Source of the DNA: Calditrichia bacterium
GTDB taxonomy: Bacteria; Calditrichota; Calditrichia; RBG-13-44-9; J075
Reading direction: 5' to 3'
Assembly: GCA_028284905.1 (NCBI GenBank)
Contig: JANQQU010000060.1
Location: 147,226-211,225, forward strand
DNA: 64,000 nt
Position numbers and translations under genes: made by a program. Positions 58,824 through 64,000 of this stretch are shown here, in pieces; position 1 is the first letter of the stretch; each line of letters starts with the position of its first letter. The notes under the pieces are model-generated. The model did no database searches, was not told the DNA's origin, and saw only the letters and a program-made list of their open reading frames with translations.

Positions 58824-60113
58824 TTGCAACAGATAAGCATTGATACAAAAACGGAAAAGGCAATTCTCGTAGGCGTGGTATTACCGAATGATCGTCGCTG
58901 GGAAGTGGATGAAAGTTTATACGAATTAAAACAATTGGCCTCCACCTCCGGTGTTCGGGTTGTAGACCAACTCACCCAGGAGCGCCAGAAGTTAAACCCG
59001 GCTTATTTCATCGGCCGTGGCAAGGTGGACGAGCTATCAGATATGATAGAAATGCATCAGGTAAAGTCAGTTATTTTTGATGACGATCTGACTCCCGCCC
59101 AAACACGCAATCTGGAAAAGGCGATAGATGCGAAAATAATCGATCGCAGTACGTTGATTCTGGATATTTTTGCCAAGCATGCCCGCACCCGCGCGGCAAA
59201 AACCCAGGTGGAGCTGGCGCAACTACAGTATATGCTGCCGCGCCTTACGCGACAATGGACGCACCTTTCCCGACAAGTCGGGGGTATTGGCACGAAAGGT
59301 CCCGGTGAAACTCAGTTGGAAACTGACCGCCGTCTGGTTCGTACGCGTATCGAGCATCTTCGTAAAGAACTGGGGAAAATCGACCTGCAGCGGCAAACCC
59401 GTCGGAAAGGACGCAAGGCACGCTTCAAGGCATCGCTGATCGGCTACACCAATGTTGGCAAATCCACCTTGATGAATCTTTTATCCGGTGCAGATGTTCT
59501 GGTCGAAAACCAGCTGTTCGCAACGCTGGATCCGACAGTCCGCCAAGTACAGCTAGATAAGCAGCACACTATTTTGTTGAGTGACACCGTTGGTTTTATC
59601 CGCAAGCTGCCGCATCACCTGGTAGAATCGTTCAAAAGCACCCTGGACGAAGCTATCGATGCCGACTTGCTGGTGCACGTCGTGGATGTTAGTCATCCTG
59701 GATTCATGGACCAGATCCATGTCGTCAACGAAGTATTAGAGGATATTGGCGCCAAGAAGAAGCCGGTCTTGATGGTATTCAACAAGATCGACCGCTTAAA
59801 AGAAAAAGAGATGCTAACCGGTCTGCGGAAGCAATTCCCTGAAAGTGTTTTTGTCAGTGCGACCCGCCAGATTCGCACCGAGCACCTCAAGATGGAACTC
59901 GCTCGTTTCATGGAGAAAAATTTTATTGTATCGGACATAACCCTGCCGATGGCGCAATCGGGTCTCGTGAATACAATTTTCGAAATGGCTATTGTATTGA
60001 ATCAGAAATACAATGATGAAACGATCGACCTGAAAATCAAGTGTTCGCCGGAGCAGCTGGTAAAAATCCACCGTGTTGTGGACGCAAAATTGAACAGCAA
60101 TGGCCGTCATTAA
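58824..60113 (+). CDS. hflX: GTPase HflX.
   Basis: TTG start after 'aggagg'. HflX N-domain 'ERAILVGVV', G-domain 'LIGYTNVGKSTLMN', 'DTVGFI', 'NKID'; 429 aa. Confidence 0.9.
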   Translation: MQQISIDTKTEKAILVGVVLPNDRRWEVDESLYELKQLASTSGVRVVDQLTQERQKLNPAYFIGRGKVDELSDMIEMHQVKSVIFDDDLTPAQTRNLEKAIDAKIIDRSTLILDIFAKHARTRAAKTQVELAQLQYMLPRLTRQWTHLSRQVGGIGTKGPGETQLETDRRLVRTRIEHLRKELGKIDLQRQTRRKGRKARFKASLIGYTNVGKSTLMNLLSGADVLVENQLFATLDPTVRQVQLDKQHTILLSDTVGFIRKLPHHLVESFKSTLDEAIDADLLVHVVDVSHPGFMDQIHVVNEVLEDIGAKKKPVLMVFNKIDRLKEKEMLTGLRKQFPESVFVSATRQIRTEHLKMELARFMEKNFIVSDITLPMAQSGLVNTIFEMAIVLNQKYNDETIDLKIKCSPEQLVKIHRVVDAKLNSNGRH

Positions 60114-60203
60114 TGTTTGCCGGAATTAGATGAACTTTAACGAATTTTCGAAGTTTTTAATTAAGATGAAGTATTTGTGCAAACAAGAAACGGTATTGTG
60201 GTA

Positions 60204-61778
60204 ATGTTAAAAACGTTGTTTTTCCGGAGCCTGTTATTTCTCATATCTCTAACAATGTTATCGTCTGCGCAGTATGTCCGGACCAACAAGTTTGCGAACG
60301 AACAGCTACGTCGGGCAACTTACGCGCTGGACGATTTCATTAGCTATACCAGCTCCCGCCGCTTTACGGTGATGACCGCAGGCACGAATTACATCTATAT
60401 CGGCACCAAGGATGGCGGCATCCTTCGCTATCATATTTATGACAACTACTGGGACTATCCTTTTACCACAAGCAACGGCTTGCCTTCCAATAATATCCAG
60501 GGGTTGATTTATGACAGAACCAGTTCCTTCCTCTGGGCTTTTACACCGGATGATGTCGCAGTATTAAACCCTGCCTCGCAGGAATGGATTGTAAAATCCC
60601 AGTCTGCCTATTGGGGTTATGAACTTCCGGAGCAAGATAATGACCGAAATCGCCTGGATAGCAAGGGGAAGTTTTACGGCCGCGATGCACTGCCGTCACT
60701 CCCAACATTTTTTGCCAATGGCGATTATTCCATTTTGGGTGAGTGGATTCTAATGGATCGGGATTTTCGGGAATTCCCAATCATTGGCTATTTGCGCGAT
60801 CGATATGACCGCGTTTGGTTTCTCGTCGATGGGTTCGGCATCGGTGTGGGAGAAATGTTTAATCAGCGGGCGACCTTTTACAAGCTGGGATTACCGGACA
60901 TCTCTCCGCGGGCGATTGCTTACCAGGGCGATGACTTGTGGTTTGGCGGCATTTCCGGCAACTATAAAGATTATTCCGGCATCGCTCTTTGGCCTTATGA
61001 TCAACCCGGCTGGCAATATTATCAGGACCGTTTTATCAGCCACCTGCCTTCGGATAATGTTTTCGACATCCTGGTAAACAGCGATTCGGTTTGGTTTGCT
61101 ACTGATTATGGCGTAACGCTCTATGATCGCGGAAATAACCGCTGGAGAAATTTTGGCCTTGCTAAAGGCGTAGTGAGCAACCAGGTATACGATTTGGCAA
61201 TACTTGATGATTATTTGTATGCTGCCACCGAGGAGGGAATTTCCCGGATTGATTTAGCAACCAGCAATGTCCGCAAGGTAAAAGACCATCGTTTCAGGAA
61301 TCTGCCCGTCTACCGATTGGCAACACATCGTAAGGCGCTTTGGGCAGCAACCTTTCGCGGGATCTTCCGCTTTACCGCGGAAAAAGGATGGGAGCAAATC
61401 CAGACCCGTTCGGCAATTAATGAGCTGGAAGTCACTGCTGTTGATGGATATCGTAACGAAGTATGGTTTGCATCGGATGGTGGCGTTTCGGTATACAATA
61501 CCAAAACAAATGACTGGGAAAGCTATCCACAAGTTGCCTATGAAGTAGCTGGCCCGTACAAAGACATCAAGGTAAATAAGAAAGCAGTATTTGTTGCGAC
61601 TCAAGATGGCCTATTGAAGTTTGACAAAGAGCGTCGCTATTGGGTATTGTTCACCACTGAAGATGGTTTACTGGACAATTATTGTCATCAGCTATTACTC
61701 GACGGTGATTACATCTGGATCGTCAGTGATAGTGGCGTTACCCAGTTCTACTGGAATAGTCCGGATCGCAGCGATTAA
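60204..61778 (+). CDS. Secreted beta-propeller protein built from two-component-regulator-propeller (Reg_prop)-type repeats, with no kinase domain.
   Basis: Signal peptide 'MLKTLFFRSLLFLISLTMLSSAQ', then at least 7 blades of the pattern 'VWFATDYGVTLYD', 'LWAATFRGIFRF', 'VWFASDGGVSVYN' and so on. Confidence 0.55.
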   Translation: MLKTLFFRSLLFLISLTMLSSAQYVRTNKFANEQLRRATYALDDFISYTSSRRFTVMTAGTNYIYIGTKDGGILRYHIYDNYWDYPFTTSNGLPSNNIQGLIYDRTSSFLWAFTPDDVAVLNPASQEWIVKSQSAYWGYELPEQDNDRNRLDSKGKFYGRDALPSLPTFFANGDYSILGEWILMDRDFREFPIIGYLRDRYDRVWFLVDGFGIGVGEMFNQRATFYKLGLPDISPRAIAYQGDDLWFGGISGNYKDYSGIALWPYDQPGWQYYQDRFISHLPSDNVFDILVNSDSVWFATDYGVTLYDRGNNRWRNFGLAKGVVSNQVYDLAILDDYLYAATEEGISRIDLATSNVRKVKDHRFRNLPVYRLATHRKALWAATFRGIFRFTAEKGWEQIQTRSAINELEVTAVDGYRNEVWFASDGGVSVYNTKTNDWESYPQVAYEVAGPYKDIKVNKKAVFVATQDGLLKFDKERRYWVLFTTEDGLLDNYCHQLLLDGDYIWIVSDSGVTQFYWNSPDRSD

Positions 61779-61922
61779 TCCTCTCCCATAGTTTATAAAG
61801 CATTTTGAATCTACCACTTCACCCCGTAACTTTCGCGCCTTAAGCTCATCGAATACTTAGCTGGGTTGAGCTTTCAGCAATCAACGGAGTCGGTTTTCAA
61901 CTATTAATGTGAGTGATTCATC

Positions 61923-62369
61923 ATGAAGCGAACTTTATTAAAATCCCTGTTTTGTTTTATCATAAGCACATTATTTTTTATTAATTGCCAAAAGGCAAAA
62001 TCGGAACAAACAGCTGCCGAGCAGAGCAAACAGGACAATTATCAAGAACTTTCCGTACAGGAAGTCAACTCACTTTTGCAATCTTCAGAAGATGTTCTGC
62101 TCATTGACGTGCGAACGACAGAAGAATATAACGGCCATCTCGGCCATATTGCCGGGAGCACCTTAAAGCCGGTTCAGCAAATTGACAACTGGATTGGCGA
62201 GATCGACAAGGATACTGCGCAAACCATTGTTTTTATTTGCCGATCCGGAAACCGCAGTGGGCGTGCAGCACAATTCTTCCAGGAAAAAGGCTATAGCAAC
62301 CTGATCAACATGACTGGCGGTATGCTTGCCTGGAACAAAGCTAATTTGCCAACTGAAAAAGACGAATAA
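61923..62369 (+). CDS. Rhodanese-domain sulfurtransferase lipoprotein.
   Basis: Lipobox 'LFFINC'. Rhodanese active-site loop 'FICRSGNRSGRAA'. Confidence 0.8.
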   Translation: MKRTLLKSLFCFIISTLFFINCQKAKSEQTAAEQSKQDNYQELSVQEVNSLLQSSEDVLLIDVRTTEEYNGHLGHIAGSTLKPVQQIDNWIGEIDKDTAQTIVFICRSGNRSGRAAQFFQEKGYSNLINMTGGMLAWNKANLPTEKDE

Positions 62370-62389
62370 CGAAAGATATTGTTAATAAC

Positions 62390-62599
62390 ATGAAAATTGA
62401 TTTTAAAAGACTAATTCCATTTACACTTGCCGGTGCAGCACTGGGATTTTCCTACTACTACTTTATCGGGTGCAATACCGGTACTTGCCCAATTAGCAGC
62501 GATCCGACCATTAGTACGCTTTATGGTAGTGTTATGGGCGTTCTGCTAGGCACGCAAAACCGTTCTGAACAACCGCAGCAAGAGGAGCAACAACCTTAG
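62390..62599 (+). CDS. Small membrane protein, DUF2892 / YgaP-C-terminal-like.
   Basis: 69 aa with 2 TM and a 'GCNTGTCP' motif, immediately downstream of the rhodanese gene. In YgaP these two modules are fused. Confidence 0.5.
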   Translation: MKIDFKRLIPFTLAGAALGFSYYYFIGCNTGTCPISSDPTISTLYGSVMGVLLGTQNRSEQPQQEEQQP

Positions 62600-62630
62600 G
62601 CTGCCGGGTATATTTTTAGTCAACAAATTT

Positions 62631-62663
62631 ATAATATCCCGGGATGCATCGTGGGATATTATC
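62631..62663. promoter_or_regulatory. Perfect 10-bp inverted repeat with a 13-nt spacer upstream of glnS; candidate operator or hairpin.
   Basis: 'ataatatccc' - 'gggatgcatcgtg' - 'gggatattat'. The spacer itself contains 'atgcat'. Confidence 0.3.
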
Positions 62664-62809
62664 GACTTTCCCACCGTATGCTTTCCCGCTTGTTTCGACA
62701 TAGATAATTTCGTATCATTCTGCCGCATAAGCAGAATGCGCTTAACACTTGGATGATTAACCGTTTCATCCATTTACCGGTAACATTTAACTCAAGGAAA
62801 TGGTGGATT

Positions 62810-64000
62810 ATGAGCAGCGTGGACAAAGAGAAGACTTCTGCTTCCAACAACAACGACGATAAAGCAACACCCTCAAATTCTAATTTTATTCGCCAAATCA
62901 TTGATGGTGATTTGGAAAAGGACAAAAACGATAGTCGGGTGCATACCCGCTTCCCCCCGGAGCCGAATGGCTATCTTCATATCGGTCATGCAAAATCGAT
63001 TTGCCTGAATTTTGGTCTGGCCGATGAATACAGCGGCCTTTGCAACCTTCGTTTCGACGACACAAACCCGACGAAAGAAAGCACCGAGTTTGTTGAGTCG
63101 ATCATTGAAGATGTAAAATGGCTCGGCTTCGATTGGGAAGATCGCCTTTATTATGCTTCCGATTATTTTGACAAACTCTACGATTTTGCCGTTCAGCTAA
63201 TCAAGGCAGGGAAAGCGTTTGTCGACGATCTTACTTACGAAGAGATTCGGGAATATCGCGGCACATTGACGACACCTGGCAAGAACAGTCCTTATCGGGA
63301 TCGCTCCATTGAAGAGAATCTCGATCTTTTCGAGAGGATGCGCAACGGTGAATTCGAGAAAGGCTCGAAAGTGCTTCGAGCCAAGATAGACATGGCATCT
63401 CCCAATATGAATATGCGCGATCCGGTCATCTATCGTATTATGGACACGCATCATCATCGCAGTGGGGATGATTGGTGCATCTATCCAATGTACGATTTCA
63501 CCCATGGACTCTCGGATTCTCTGGAAGGTATAACACATTCAATCTGTACGCTGGAGTTTGAAGATCACCGCCCGCTCTACGACTGGTTTCTCGAAGAGCT
63601 GGATGTTTTTCATCCCCAGCAAATTGAATTTGCCCGTTTAAATTTAAACTACACGGTGATGAGCAAAAGAAAGCTGCGCCGCCTGGTAGAAGAAGGCTTT
63701 GTTTCCGGATGGGACGACCCCCGCATGCCAACCATTAGCGGTTTGCGTCGCCGTGGCTATACCCCGGAAGCAATTCGCAATTTCTGTGAAATGATCGGCG
63801 TCGCAAAAAGTAACAGCACCGTCGACATTGCTCAGCTGGAATTCTGTATTCGTGAAGATCTCAACAAACGTGCGGCACGGGTAATGGCGGTATTGGATCC
63901 ACTGAAGCTGGTAGTAACTAATTACCCGAAAGATCAGGTAGAAGAGCTGGATGCGGAGAATAACCCGGAAGATGAAGCCATGGGTAAACGGAAAATTCCC
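62810..64000 (+). CDS. glnS: Glutaminyl-tRNA synthetase; N-terminal ~397 aa in the window, continuing beyond the right edge.
   Basis: '[15 protein letters not shown]...[28 protein letters not shown]...[10 protein letters not shown]' is near-identical in pattern to the bacterial GlnRS N-terminus, including the HIGH motif. Open frame to the window end. Confidence 0.85.
   Translation, partial: MSSVDKEKTSASNNNDDKATPSNSNFIRQIIDGDLEKDKNDSRVHTRFPPEPNGYLHIGHAKSICLNFGLADEYSGLCNLRFDDTNPTKESTEFVESIIEDVKWLGFDWEDRLYYASDYFDKLYDFAVQLIKAGKAFVDDLTYEEIREYRGTLTTPGKNSPYRDRSIEENLDLFERMRNGEFEKGSKVLRAKIDMASPNMNMRDPVIYRIMDTHHHRSGDDWCIYPMYDFTHGLSDSLEGITHSICTLEFEDHRPLYDWFLEELDVFHPQQIEFARLNLNYTVMSKRKLRRLVEEGFVSGWDDPRMPTISGLRRRGYTPEAIRNFCEMIGVAKSNSTVDIAQLEFCIREDLNKRAARVMAVLDPLKLVVTNYPKDQVEELDAENNPEDEAMGKRKIP

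Noticed and set aside
1-64000. CRISPR arrays, rRNA/tRNA genes, transposases or integrases.
   Set aside because: There are no arrays of regular direct repeats with unique spacers. No rRNA-like or cloverleaf-compatible segments were found in the intergenic regions. No DDE/tyrosine/serine recombinase signatures appear in any ORF.

Overview
Densely coded 64 kb chromosomal window, about 45 protein genes on both strands, with no rRNA, tRNA, CRISPR array, transposase or integrase visible. Three secreted proteins end in a T9SS type-A C-terminal sorting domain ('NYPNPFNP...YRLQAG...K'). The hybrid sensor kinase carries Reg_prop beta-propeller repeats, and there is an ECF sigma / FecR / SusC-like TonB transducer trio. 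Together these point to a Bacteroidota/FCB-group-like bacterium. Content, left to right: an efflux membrane-fusion protein fragment; an archaeal-type thiolase / HMG-CoA synthase / DUF35 operon (mevalonate entry); two GH13 amylopullulanase-type genes flanking crcB; a PabB-PabC fusion; an intergenic compound palindromic element; a trans-4-hydroxyproline catabolic operon with a GntR regulator and an upstream propeller hybrid kinase; an ECF / FecR / TonB receptor / DUF4249 lipoprotein / T9SS metalloprotease locus; a PAP phosphatase; an AT-rich island with a tandem AP2-domain protein; pyrC, a FAH-family hydrolase, a CaCA antiporter and a MATE exporter; TfoX_N plus a class-V aminotransferase; a glycan-utilisation cluster (GH20, SSS, nucleotidyltransferase, GPH transporter, GH36); a PIN-PhoH ATPase; a 1143-aa fusion of an Endonuclease-Q-like PHP nuclease to a UvrD-family SF1 helicase with a tightly coupled secreted 191-aa partner; a MurU-like nucleotidyltransferase; a T9SS-tagged AA10 LPMO and a large T9SS surface protein; a BatA-like vWA protein; hflX; a secreted beta-propeller protein; a rhodanese plus DUF2892 pair; and the start of glnS. 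The most unusual item is the EndoQ-UvrD single-polypeptide nick-and-unwind architecture. Coordinates I derived by hand may be off by 1-2 nt; ORF-track coordinates were used wherever possible.
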